A DNA stretch of 64,000 nucleotides from Nanobdellota archaeon. GTDB lineage: Archaea > Nanobdellota > Nanobdellia > Woesearchaeales > SM23-78. Positions 28,888 to 37,958 of this stretch are shown here, piece after piece. Under the pieces are notes generated by a model that was given only the letters and a program-made list of their open reading frames with translations, did not search any database and had not been told where the DNA came from. Location of the stretch: the NCBI GenBank assembly GCA_018819305.1, contig JAHJQO010000010.1, positions 8,429 to 72,428 of the forward strand, given 5' to 3'. Within the stretch, counting starts at the first letter, position 1. Each line of letters starts with the position of its first letter. The translations under genes and the position numbers were made by a program.

Positions 28888-29403
28888 TTGAAATCTAATG
28901 CAAAAGCACAAATTAGCCAGGTTTTCACTTATATTATTATTATTTTAGTGGTTGGCCTGATTGTAGTATTTGGTGTGAGAGGCATCATAAAGATTATGAA
29001 TGCGAATTGTGAGCATCAAGATGTATTATTTAATAAAACATTAATGAGTTTTATTGACGAGTATTCTGATAGAGGTATGGTTCAGGAGGAATCTATTAAA
29101 GCACCCTGTGATGCAGAAGAGATTTGTTTTGCTGATTCTGAGTATTGTCCAAGAGCAAGTTCAACATTAACTTTAGATGCTATCCCTGCGAGTGAGAACC
29201 TTATAAGAGATGCTGTAGGTTCTTGCACTGCAAATGTTTTTGTTAAAGGTAAATTCACAATACCGATTGGTTTTTCAAAAAAAATAAGCGTTAACAAAGG
29301 GATTCCTGCCGATTCTTTTCAGTGTATTAGTGTCAAAGGCGGCAGTGTCAAACTTGTTTTCAGTGGCCTTGGAAGACAGACACAGATTGAATCAGGCTGG
29401 TAG
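28888..29403 (+). CDS. Type IV pilin-like protein (class III signal peptide), 171 aa
   Basis: TTG start 4 nt after GAGGTGAG. N-terminus MKSNAKA|QISQVFTYIIIILVVGLIVVFGV. Confidence 0.5.
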   Translation: MKSNAKAQISQVFTYIIIILVVGLIVVFGVRGIIKIMNANCEHQDVLFNKTLMSFIDEYSDRGMVQEESIKAPCDAEEICFADSEYCPRASSTLTLDAIPASENLIRDAVGSCTANVFVKGKFTIPIGFSKKISVNKGIPADSFQCISVKGGSVKLVFSGLGRQTQIESGW

Positions 29404-29443
29404 AATAATTTAACAAACTAATTTTCAAAGATGTTAAGGTGTT

Positions 29444-30508
29444 ATGATGTTAAAGATATCCTTATTAAATAAAAGAGGTTTTGCTATTCAGTTTAATTGG
29501 CTCTTTGTTCTTATTGGCGGTGTTGTTATTCTGAGTTTTTTTGTTAGTCTTATAAATAACAGTACTTTTGGAAATGACCAGGAAACAGACCAGAAATCAA
29601 CAGAAGAAGTAAATGCTTTGTTAAAAGTCAGCTTAGCATCTGGCAACACCCAGAAAACAATGTCTTTTGACAAGAAAATAATGTTTTATTGTGATGATAC
29701 TTCAGAATTTTTTGTTGGTGCTGCCTTTAAGCCAGCCAGATATGATTATAATGCAATTTTTTCTCCTAAAGTACTTGACAGCTCAGAATTAATCATACAA
29801 ACTCTAGCTTTGAATATTCCTTTCAGAGCCATGCCTTTGGTTTATGTCACTAATAAAGATATTGAATATGTTTTTGTAGGCAATGCTCCTCTGATTAATT
29901 TGGTTTTTAACCAGATGCCAGATAATGTGACAATGAAATCAATTCCTGCAGGAAGCATTGCATATTATCCTAACTTTGATTTTGACCACACAGTCTTTAT
30001 TCTTAGTGATACTTCTCACTTGGCTGCTCTCAGTAATTTTGCAGGTACAAAAGATGTTGTATATGCTGTTGTTCTTGAGCCTGGCAGTGCAAATGTGTAC
30101 TCTTATGGTAATATTTCTTTTTATCGTTATGATACGCCTTCTTCAAGTTTTGTTCTTGACGGCACTCTTCCCTTTTTAGGTTCAGAATTGCTGTTGGGAG
30201 GAGTTATAAGTCATGACAAGACAATTTATGAATGTAATCTGAAAAAAGTAATTACTCGTATTTCAACTCTAAGTAAACTTCATGAAGAAAGAATGGTTTA
30301 CTATGGTGATAATGCTGAATCTCACTGCCAGATGTATTATGCTGGCAGTGCCACTAGCGCAATAAATTATTTAGAAGACCTTAAAATTTTTGCTGAAAAA
30401 AATGAACTTTCAGTGGTAAACTTTCAAAGTATTTATTCAGCTATCAGCAGCTTAAGATCATTGAATAATTTTATTATTACAAAAACAGAATGCCCGAGAA
30501 TTTATTGA
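29444..30508 (+). CDS. Type IV pilin-like protein (class III signal peptide), 354 aa
   Basis: N-terminus LLNKRG|FAIQFNWLFVLIGGVVILSFFVSL. Confidence 0.45.
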   Translation: MMLKISLLNKRGFAIQFNWLFVLIGGVVILSFFVSLINNSTFGNDQETDQKSTEEVNALLKVSLASGNTQKTMSFDKKIMFYCDDTSEFFVGAAFKPARYDYNAIFSPKVLDSSELIIQTLALNIPFRAMPLVYVTNKDIEYVFVGNAPLINLVFNQMPDNVTMKSIPAGSIAYYPNFDFDHTVFILSDTSHLAALSNFAGTKDVVYAVVLEPGSANVYSYGNISFYRYDTPSSSFVLDGTLPFLGSELLLGGVISHDKTIYECNLKKVITRISTLSKLHEERMVYYGDNAESHCQMYYAGSATSAINYLEDLKIFAEKNELSVVNFQSIYSAISSLRSLNNFIITKTECPRIY

Positions 30509-30548
30509 ATTGGTCAATTAATTGAATTTATTAATATAAACATCAAAA

Positions 30549-31052
30549 ATGAAAAGAAAAGCCCAAATGCAAATGACAGAAAGCATTTTTGTAGTTTTCA
30601 TGGTTCTAATTATTATTGTGATTGGTTTTGTTGTCTATTCTAAATTTCAGGAGACAAGCATAAAAGAAAAACAGAAACTTTTGAGATCAATGCAGTTGAT
30701 TGAAATGGGGCATCGGCTTAGCTCATGGCCAGAGCTGGAATGCTCTGTGGCAGGTGTTACTGAATTTGTATGCCTTGACACTGTGAAACTTATGGTTTTG
30801 GGTGACATTATTAACAAAACCAAAGGAACAAAATTATATGAATATTATTTCGACCTTTTGAAAAACTCAAAAATTACTGTGACTGAAATTTATCCTTCAA
30901 ACACTTTGACAAAAGGAAAAGATTATTGGGTGTTATATGAGAATCCAGGGATGACAAAAACTATAGACCCTATTACTGTTCCTGTAAATCTTTACAATCC
31001 ATTGACAAAGCAATATGCTTTTGGAGTTTTGGAGTTGTTGATATATGAATAA
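30549..31052 (+). CDS. Type IV pilin-like protein (class III signal peptide), 167 aa
   Basis: N-terminus MKRKA|QMQMTESIFVVFMVLIIIVIGFVVY. Confidence 0.5.
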   Translation: MKRKAQMQMTESIFVVFMVLIIIVIGFVVYSKFQETSIKEKQKLLRSMQLIEMGHRLSSWPELECSVAGVTEFVCLDTVKLMVLGDIINKTKGTKLYEYYFDLLKNSKITVTEIYPSNTLTKGKDYWVLYENPGMTKTIDPITVPVNLYNPLTKQYAFGVLELLIYE

Positions 31053-31548
31053 TAGAACAATAAAAAGAAAAATCAATAGAAAAGCGCAGTTAGAAATGAT
31101 TGGATTAATTGTAATTGTTATCATTGTGGTGGTAGCTCTGCTGATATTTACTGTTTACCAGGTAACGAATCCTCAGCGAAACATTAAGAGAAAATACATG
31201 AATGAAGAAATAGCCACGAATATGCTTGTTAGCATGATGAATATAGACCTGCGTGAGTGTCATAATCTTTCTTTGCAAGAACTTGTTGGTGACTGTGCCA
31301 AAACTTTTCATTCAATAACTTGTCTTGATAGTACGAGCTGTGAAATTGCAAATAAAACAATTTATGATATTTTGAACAGAACTCTGATTGATTGGGATGT
31401 CAGCTTTAATTTATCTGTGCAGAATACAGACATATCTTTTGTAAATCTTGGTTGTACTGCCAGAGTAAAGAGTAAAATCAGAGGATTTCAAATATTACCT
31501 CTTTATCCTGGGCAGATAGAAATGATATTGGATGTCTGCACTATATAA
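31045..31548 (+). CDS. Type IV pilin-like protein (class III signal peptide), 167 aa
   Basis: N-terminus KINRKA|QLEMIGLIVIVIIVVVALLIF. Overlaps the previous gene by 8 nt. Confidence 0.5.
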   Translation: MNNRTIKRKINRKAQLEMIGLIVIVIIVVVALLIFTVYQVTNPQRNIKRKYMNEEIATNMLVSMMNIDLRECHNLSLQELVGDCAKTFHSITCLDSTSCEIANKTIYDILNRTLIDWDVSFNLSVQNTDISFVNLGCTARVKSKIRGFQILPLYPGQIEMILDVCTI

Positions 31549-31571
31549 ATAATTAAATTATGTTTTATTAT

Positions 31572-31976
31572 TTAGTTCTGCTCAAGAATTATGACCTGAA
31601 TTTCTCTATCTGTTCTGGGCCCATCAAGCTCAACAAGCATAAGGCTCTGCCATGTTCCAAGCTTAAGCTTGTTGTTTTCTATAGGGATGGTTTCTCCAGG
31701 TCCGAGTATGGCTGCTTTGATATGAGCACCAGCATTTCCGTCAATCCTGTCATGTAAATAACCTGCATTGTCTGGAAAAGATTTGTTCAATGCATTCAGT
31801 AAGTCAATACATATGTTTGGGTCGTGATTTTCATTAATTATTATTGCTGCAGTTGCATGAGTCACAAAGACATTGCAAATCCCTGTTTTAGCTTTGCTTT
31901 TTTGAAGAATTTCATTTACTTTATCTGTGATATCAAGAAGTTCTTGTTTTTGGGTTGTGTTAATTGTAAAGTTCAT
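31572..31976 (-). CDS. YjbQ/UPF0047 family protein (secondary thiamine-phosphate synthase type)
   Basis: FVTHATAAIIINENHDP...DGNAGAHIKAAILG...LGTWQ..MLVELDGPR, the family signature. Confidence 0.8.
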   Translation of the reverse strand: MNFTINTTQKQELLDITDKVNEILQKSKAKTGICNVFVTHATAAIIINENHDPNICIDLLNALNKSFPDNAGYLHDRIDGNAGAHIKAAILGPGETIPIENNKLKLGTWQSLMLVELDGPRTDREIQVIILEQN

Positions 31977-32866
31977 TTCAGTTCTTCTTTTTTTTGTTCC
32001 TTTAATTTTTCGACGATTTTTTCATCACATAAAAACTTGCTGAATTGATGACCCTTGCTGAGTTCTGTCATGAACTCACCATGAAAGTCACTTCCTACAG
32101 TTAGAATCAAATCGTATTTCTTCGCTATATTTTTTATTCTCTGCACTGTTTTTTTGTCCCTGCCAAAACGATTATAATCCCCATTTTCAAGTTCTATTCC
32201 TTTTAACCCTGCTTTGACATATATTTTGATATTTTTTTCATTTAAAACTTCTTTGTCAAGCCAAGGATGGGCAAGCACTGGAACTCCACCAAATTGTTTA
32301 ACAATCTTTATGGCTCTTACAACACTAACATTTTTATTTAATGGTTTTTTTACCTTTACCTGCTTTACAAGTTCTATGGCTTGTTTTCCAGTAAATCCTC
32401 TTTCTTTGACAAGATAATGCCAAAGATGTGAAAGATTATAGTTTCCTTTTGCATAATAATAACTTTTTAAAAAATTATTGTAAGAGATATTGATTCCTTG
32501 TTCTCTCAGACCGTTAATCTTCAGTTTTGTAAGCTCATTTTCATAAAAACCACAATTCTTGAGAATTTTTTTTAACTTAGGATTTTTGTAGTCAATAAAA
32601 TATCCTAGAATTTCAGAATGTTTGGCGGTGATTTCTACACCAGGAATGACCTCCACACCAATAAGTTTTCCTTCTTTTACTGCTTCTTCAAGTCCGCTGA
32701 CAGAGCAATGGTCTGTCAAGGCAATATTTTTTATTCCGAGCTTTTTTGCTTTTCTAATAACATCTTTTGGAGAGTATTCACCATCTGAATAATAGCTGTG
32801 AGTGTGTAAATCTGTGTTTTTCATTTTCTCTTTGAGGAGGATTATGGTTTTTATAATGTTTTTCAT
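31973..32866 (-). CDS. PHP-domain metal-dependent phosphoesterase
   Basis: DLHTHSYYSDGEYSP, IALTDH, and VLAHP...GSDFHG. Confidence 0.75.
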   Translation of the reverse strand: MKNIIKTIILLKEKMKNTDLHTHSYYSDGEYSPKDVIRKAKKLGIKNIALTDHCSVSGLEEAVKEGKLIGVEVIPGVEITAKHSEILGYFIDYKNPKLKKILKNCGFYENELTKLKINGLREQGINISYNNFLKSYYYAKGNYNLSHLWHYLVKERGFTGKQAIELVKQVKVKKPLNKNVSVVRAIKIVKQFGGVPVLAHPWLDKEVLNEKNIKIYVKAGLKGIELENGDYNRFGRDKKTVQRIKNIAKKYDLILTVGSDFHGEFMTELSKGHQFSKFLCDEKIVEKLKEQKKEELK

Positions 32867-32900
32867 TATGTGTAATTATATGTTTTGTTTGTTTATGGCA

Positions 32901-32911
32901 AACTTTATATA
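32901..32911 (+). promoter_or_regulatory. BRE/TATA promoter of the ABC transporter operon
   Basis: aaCTTTATATA ends 26 nt before ATG 32938 with no SD, so the mRNA is probably leaderless. Confidence 0.5.
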
Positions 32912-32937
32912 CCTCAGGATTCTAGTATTATCTAAGG

Positions 32938-33924
32938 ATGGAGAGGGCGCCTATAATTAAGATTCAGCATGCTGATAAGAGTTTTGGTAAAAATCATGTT
33001 CTTAAAAACATATCTTTGGATGTAAATGAAGGTGAAATCTTTGGATTAATAGGTGCCAGTGGCAGCGGGAAGACAACTCTTTTGAAAATACTGATTGGTT
33101 TTCTCTCTCCTGAACAAGGAGATGTGAAATTCAGATATGATTATTTTGTTAAATCCAAAAATAAGTCACAGAAACCATTATATGCTTCTGTTTACAAACA
33201 GCAAAAACTTGCGAGAAATCTCTTTGGGTTTGCCAGTCAGGAACCGTCTTTTTACAAGAAGCTCACTGTAAAGGAAAATATGGAATATTTTGGCTCTCTT
33301 TATAATCTTCCTAAGCAGGCATTGCAGTCTAATATTAATATTCTCATTGCTTTAATGGATTTAAAACATGCTGAAAATACTTTGGCAGGTGATTTATCAG
33401 GAGGAATGGAAAGAAGACTTGACATTGCCTGTGCGCTTGTGCACGACCCTGAGGTTTTGATACTTGACGAGCCAACATCAGACCTTGACCCTCTTTTAAG
33501 AGATCATATCTGGAGCCTTGTAAAGAAGATTAACAAAAAAGGAACAACAATTATTCTTGCAAGCCATCATTTGTCTGAAGTTGAAACTTTTTGCTCCAGG
33601 ATAGCCATTATAAAAAACGGCAAAATTATTGATGTTGCCAGCCCTGCAAGATTAAAAACTAAATATGCTGATTCTCAGGAAATAAGAATTCAGACATATC
33701 CTGGAAGCTATGCTAACATTGCAAAAGTAATTAAAAAACCAGGAAATAAAGTGTTTGATGTCAAGATAAAAGGCTCAGAGCTTATTATATATTCTGATCG
33801 GCCGCAGATAGTTCTTCATGAACTTTTGCATACTTTGGAAACTTTAAAAGAAGAATTAATTGATATTCAGGTGTTCAGGCCGGGTCTGGATGAGTTATTC
33901 CTGAAAATTACAGGCAAGAAATAG
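32938..33924 (+). CDS. ABC transporter ATP-binding protein
   Basis: Walker A GASGSGKTT, signature LSGGMERR, Walker B LILDEPTSDLD, and H-loop SHH. Confidence 0.9.
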   Translation: MERAPIIKIQHADKSFGKNHVLKNISLDVNEGEIFGLIGASGSGKTTLLKILIGFLSPEQGDVKFRYDYFVKSKNKSQKPLYASVYKQQKLARNLFGFASQEPSFYKKLTVKENMEYFGSLYNLPKQALQSNINILIALMDLKHAENTLAGDLSGGMERRLDIACALVHDPEVLILDEPTSDLDPLLRDHIWSLVKKINKKGTTIILASHHLSEVETFCSRIAIIKNGKIIDVASPARLKTKYADSQEIRIQTYPGSYANIAKVIKKPGNKVFDVKIKGSELIIYSDRPQIVLHELLHTLETLKEELIDIQVFRPGLDELFLKITGKK

Positions 33925-33970
33925 GCAAGATATAGACAGATATTGAATAAAATATTGAACAGGATTAAAA

Positions 33971-35974
33971 ATGAAATTATGGAGTATTATTAAAAAAAAC
34001 TTTAAGCTTTTAATAAGATTTAAGGCTTCTGCTTTTATAGTTCTTCTTGGACCTTTGCTTATTATTCTTCTGGTAGGACTTGCTTTTAGCGGCAAATCAT
34101 CCTATGATTTGAGCGTTGGTTATTATTCACCTGAACATACTAATCTCACTAATGAGTTTGTCGAATCCCTTCGTGCGGGTAACTATCTTTTGCATGAGTT
34201 TAATAATGAAGAAGATTGTGTGAAAAAAATTGAACAAGGAATAATACACACATGCATAATATTCCCTGTGGGATTTGAAGTTGGCAATGAACAAAGTAAT
34301 GAATTAAGATTTTTAGTTGATTATTCAAGGATGAATCTTGTTTACGAGGTAATTGATTCGGTTTCTGGTATTCTTCAGGCAGAGACTCAGGAGCTTAGTT
34401 ATTCTCTGACTCAGATTCTGCTTTCTCGAATTAACACTACAATTATGGATTTAGATAAGCAGCTTTTATCTATTGAAGATATTAATCCTCAGTTAAATCT
34501 CTTGACAATGAATATTCAAAAAGCAAAATCAAATACAGATGCCATGAAACTTGAGATGAAAGAAGTCAGTCTGAGCAGCCTGGAAAGTAAGGCTAAAAAC
34601 ATTAACAAGACGATTGAGGACATCAAAGCAAAGAGCCTTGAAGTAATAAATAAATCACAAGAATTTTTAGATATATTGGCTGATGATTATGATCATTGGG
34701 ATAATGAAACAGAAGCCATAAGAGAAGAATTTAACAATCTTCTTAATGAAACCTTTAATTTGTATAATGCAACACCTGATGAAGTTCAAGAACTTCTTGA
34801 TGCTATTGATGGTATTTCTAATTCTCTTTCAGATTTTGCATCTGACCTTGAAAAAAGTGCTGAACTTAATAAAGATACACAAGCTAAATTAGAATCTTCT
34901 AAGCAGGGTATCGCTGCGATTCAGAGCAAGATTCTTGAATTAAAAGATGCATTACAAAAAACAAAAAATAACTTAACAAATATTGGAGTAACAAGCGCAG
35001 AAACCATAGTAAGCCCCGTTAACACAAAAATCGAACCTGTTGCTTCAGAAACATCAAAACTCACATTCACTTTTCCATTCTTGTTAGTATTGGTAATAAT
35101 GTTTGTTGCATTGCTTTTATCAAGCACACTTGTTTTGTTTGAAAAAAATTCAAAAGCATTCTTCAGAAACTTTATTACTCCGACAAGACCTGCATTTTTT
35201 GCAGTCACAACTTTTTTGACCAGTTTTATTGTGATAATAATTCAAACAATAATTATTATTGCTTTGGCTAATTTTTTCCTGAAAATACCATTATTTAAGA
35301 ATTTCATTCCTACTTTATTGATTGTTTTGGTGACATGTATATTTTTTATTGTTCTGGGCATGGCGATAGGCTACTTATTTTCAACACAAGAAGGAGCCAT
35401 AATGGTTTCAATTGTGCTAGGCTCTATTTTCTTGTTCCTGTCTAATCTGGTTATTCCTTTGGAAAGCATGGCTCCTGCTCTTTCAGGAATAATAAAATAT
35501 AATCCTTATGTGCTGGCTTCAGATGTTTTGAGAAAATCTTTTTTATTTACATTAAGAACTTCAGAAGCTTTAACAGCCATACTAATTCTTTTAGGAGCTG
35601 CAGTGATTATGTTTGTTCTCATACTTGTTCTCAGGGGGTTTGCACATAATAAAAGGATTAAGCAGTCACCAGATCTTCTGGAAAAAAAGCTCCTTGAAGA
35701 ACCTCCTAAAATAAATCCCAAATCCCAACTTCAAGTTGGATCGCAAAGAGTTACTAATAAGCTTGAATTATTAAGACTGCTTTCCTACCTTACAAAGGCT
35801 GAGTTTGAAGATATTGTGAATAAACAAGATAATAAAATCGCAGACTGGGCTGAGAATGAGCTTAAAGACATAAAATTAGCCTCAAAATTACGTAAACACG
35901 TTTCAAAAGAAGAATTAATGAAAATACTGGCAGATGAGATAAAAAAAGAAAAATCCATGAAAAAACCGGATTGA
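33971..35974 (+). CDS. ABC-2 type permease with large coiled-coil ectodomain (YhgE/Pip-like) and C-terminal cytosolic extension
   Basis: One N-terminal TM helix, a helical ectodomain of about 330 aa, five or six C-terminal TM helices, then a roughly 110-aa soluble tail. Confidence 0.65.
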   Translation: MKLWSIIKKNFKLLIRFKASAFIVLLGPLLIILLVGLAFSGKSSYDLSVGYYSPEHTNLTNEFVESLRAGNYLLHEFNNEEDCVKKIEQGIIHTCIIFPVGFEVGNEQSNELRFLVDYSRMNLVYEVIDSVSGILQAETQELSYSLTQILLSRINTTIMDLDKQLLSIEDINPQLNLLTMNIQKAKSNTDAMKLEMKEVSLSSLESKAKNINKTIEDIKAKSLEVINKSQEFLDILADDYDHWDNETEAIREEFNNLLNETFNLYNATPDEVQELLDAIDGISNSLSDFASDLEKSAELNKDTQAKLESSKQGIAAIQSKILELKDALQKTKNNLTNIGVTSAETIVSPVNTKIEPVASETSKLTFTFPFLLVLVIMFVALLLSSTLVLFEKNSKAFFRNFITPTRPAFFAVTTFLTSFIVIIIQTIIIIALANFFLKIPLFKNFIPTLLIVLVTCIFFIVLGMAIGYLFSTQEGAIMVSIVLGSIFLFLSNLVIPLESMAPALSGIIKYNPYVLASDVLRKSFLFTLRTSEALTAILILLGAAVIMFVLILVLRGFAHNKRIKQSPDLLEKKLLEEPPKINPKSQLQVGSQRVTNKLELLRLLSYLTKAEFEDIVNKQDNKIADWAENELKDIKLASKLRKHVSKEELMKILADEIKKEKSMKKPD

Positions 35975-36076
35975 TCCTGCCTGAGCTGGATTTTGCTTTG
36001 TTCTTTAGGTAAACTTTTTAAATAAAAGCTTTTAATACCATATAATTAACACGATTTATAAAACTTTAACAAGGAG

Positions 36077-37867
36077 GTGTATTTCTTGACAAAAACAAAA
36101 AAACATAAGGTAAAAGAGAGTCACAAAATACAACACAAAGCAAAGCATTCTGAACATAAGGAAAAAGTTCCTGGTAATTTTTTCCCAATAATATCAGCAG
36201 CAGTTCTGATAATTATTTTAGTTCTGGTTATTGTTAAGTTATTTGGGTCTTCTGCAAGTCCTGTGATTTCTCAGGAAGATAAGGCAAAAGTTGAATTTTA
36301 TGTTATGAGCCAGTGCCCATATGGAACACAAGTAGAAGATGCATTTTATCCTGTGCTTCAGCAAATGGGAGATGCAATTGACTTTCACTTAGATTATATT
36401 GTTCAGGAGCCCTCGCCGGGTCAGTTTCAGTCCTTGCATGGAGAGCCAGAAGTCATTGGAAACATTGTTCAGCTCTGTGCAATGAAATATTATCCTGAAA
36501 ATTATAAATACATGGATTTTATTGATTGCCAGAACAAAGATGCAGCAAATGTCCATACAAACTGGGTGACTTGTGCTAATCAGAATCAAATGGATGTTAC
36601 TAAGCTAAGAACTTGTCTTGAAGGTGACGAAGGCAAGGGCTTGTTAAGGGAGTCTATGCTAAGAGCTCAGGCAAGAGAGGCCAGAGGCAGTCCAACTATA
36701 TTTATTGATGATGCGCCTTATCAAGGCCAGAGAGATGCTTTGAGTTTTCAGAGGGCAGTATGTAAGGTAGTAGAGCATGATGCTTGTGACGCAATACCTG
36801 TTTGTGCTTCAGGAGCTGATTGTACTGAACAAGCAGGAAAAATTGGAGTGTGCAACAATGCAGGCCAGGCAGATGCATCTTGCACTTATGAAGATCCGGT
36901 AGAGCTTAATTATTATGTGCTTAACAGTGCTGACTGTACAGGCCAAGCATGTGATGCTTCAAGAATACTTCAGGTAACACAGCAGTTATTCTTAGGTGGA
37001 AAACCAAAAGTTGTTGATGTTGACAGCCCTGAAGGAAAGCAACTAGTTGAAAAATATGGCATTGAAGTGGTGCCTGCATTTATCTTTGAAAGCAACATTG
37101 AAAACACAAAGAGCTGGAAAGAAAGAACAGATTTGCAATCAGCTTTTGATAAAATAGGAGATAGTTATAAGCTTAAAGATGAAGCTACAGGAGCAACTTT
37201 TTATATAAGTGAAGAGGCCAGGCAAGCAAAATATGATGCCATAGGAATTACTTTAGGTGATAACAGGCCTCAGATTGACTTCTTTGTAATGAGCTACTGT
37301 CCTTATGGAAATCAGGCTGAAGAAGGCATTGAGCCAGCATATCAGTTGTTAAAAGATGTTGCTGACTTTAATCCAAGATATGTTATTTACAGCAATTATG
37401 GTGGAGGCGGGCCTAATTTCTGCATTGATGCTGAAAGCCAGATTTGTTCTATGCATGGAATTGTTGAGCTGAACCAGAATATTAGAGAAGCTTGTGTTGC
37501 AAAGCACATAGGTATGGATGAATGGTTTGAGTTCGCACTTAAGATGAACACAGATGCAACTTCTCAGAATGCAGATGATAAATGGGAAAGTGCTGCTAAG
37601 GGTCTTGGCTTAGATATTGATGTTATCAATAAATGCTTTGATGAAGAAGGAGAAGCACTCATGGCTGCTGACAAAGCACTTGGTGATTTAATGGGTGTGA
37701 GTGGAAGCCCAAGTGTGTTTGTTGATGGAGACAGCTATAGTGGAGGCAGAACACCAGAAGCATTTAAGCAAGGCTTGTGTGCTGCATTTGACACTGCTCC
37801 TTCAGAGTGCAATACTAAACTTGAAGGTGAAGCATCAGCATCATCAGCACCGCAAGGTAATTGTTAA
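36077..37867 (+). CDS. Membrane-anchored extracytoplasmic thioredoxin-fold protein with two CPYG-motif domains (DsbA/GILT-like)
   Basis: N-terminal TM helix, then two similar modules KVEFYVMSQCPYGTQVE and QIDFFVMSYCPYGNQAE. The likely true start is TTG 36086, 6 nt after GGAGGTG. Family assignment is tentative. Confidence 0.4.
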   Translation: MYFLTKTKKHKVKESHKIQHKAKHSEHKEKVPGNFFPIISAAVLIIILVLVIVKLFGSSASPVISQEDKAKVEFYVMSQCPYGTQVEDAFYPVLQQMGDAIDFHLDYIVQEPSPGQFQSLHGEPEVIGNIVQLCAMKYYPENYKYMDFIDCQNKDAANVHTNWVTCANQNQMDVTKLRTCLEGDEGKGLLRESMLRAQAREARGSPTIFIDDAPYQGQRDALSFQRAVCKVVEHDACDAIPVCASGADCTEQAGKIGVCNNAGQADASCTYEDPVELNYYVLNSADCTGQACDASRILQVTQQLFLGGKPKVVDVDSPEGKQLVEKYGIEVVPAFIFESNIENTKSWKERTDLQSAFDKIGDSYKLKDEATGATFYISEEARQAKYDAIGITLGDNRPQIDFFVMSYCPYGNQAEEGIEPAYQLLKDVADFNPRYVIYSNYGGGGPNFCIDAESQICSMHGIVELNQNIREACVAKHIGMDEWFEFALKMNTDATSQNADDKWESAAKGLGLDIDVINKCFDEEGEALMAADKALGDLMGVSGSPSVFVDGDSYSGGRTPEAFKQGLCAAFDTAPSECNTKLEGEASASSAPQGNC

Positions 37868-37894
37868 ATTATTTTTATTGTTTTTAATAAAAAT

Positions 37895-37938
37895 ATTCAA
37901 AATTCATTTTTGAATTTTGTTTTTTTTATCTTTTTTTT
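37895..37938. terminator. Bidirectional terminator region (hairpin plus oligo-T)
   Basis: attcaaaa-ttca-ttttgaat hairpin followed by tttgttttttttatctttttttt, between convergent genes. Confidence 0.45.
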
Positions 37939-37958
37939 CATTTAGAAAGTTTTAGAAA

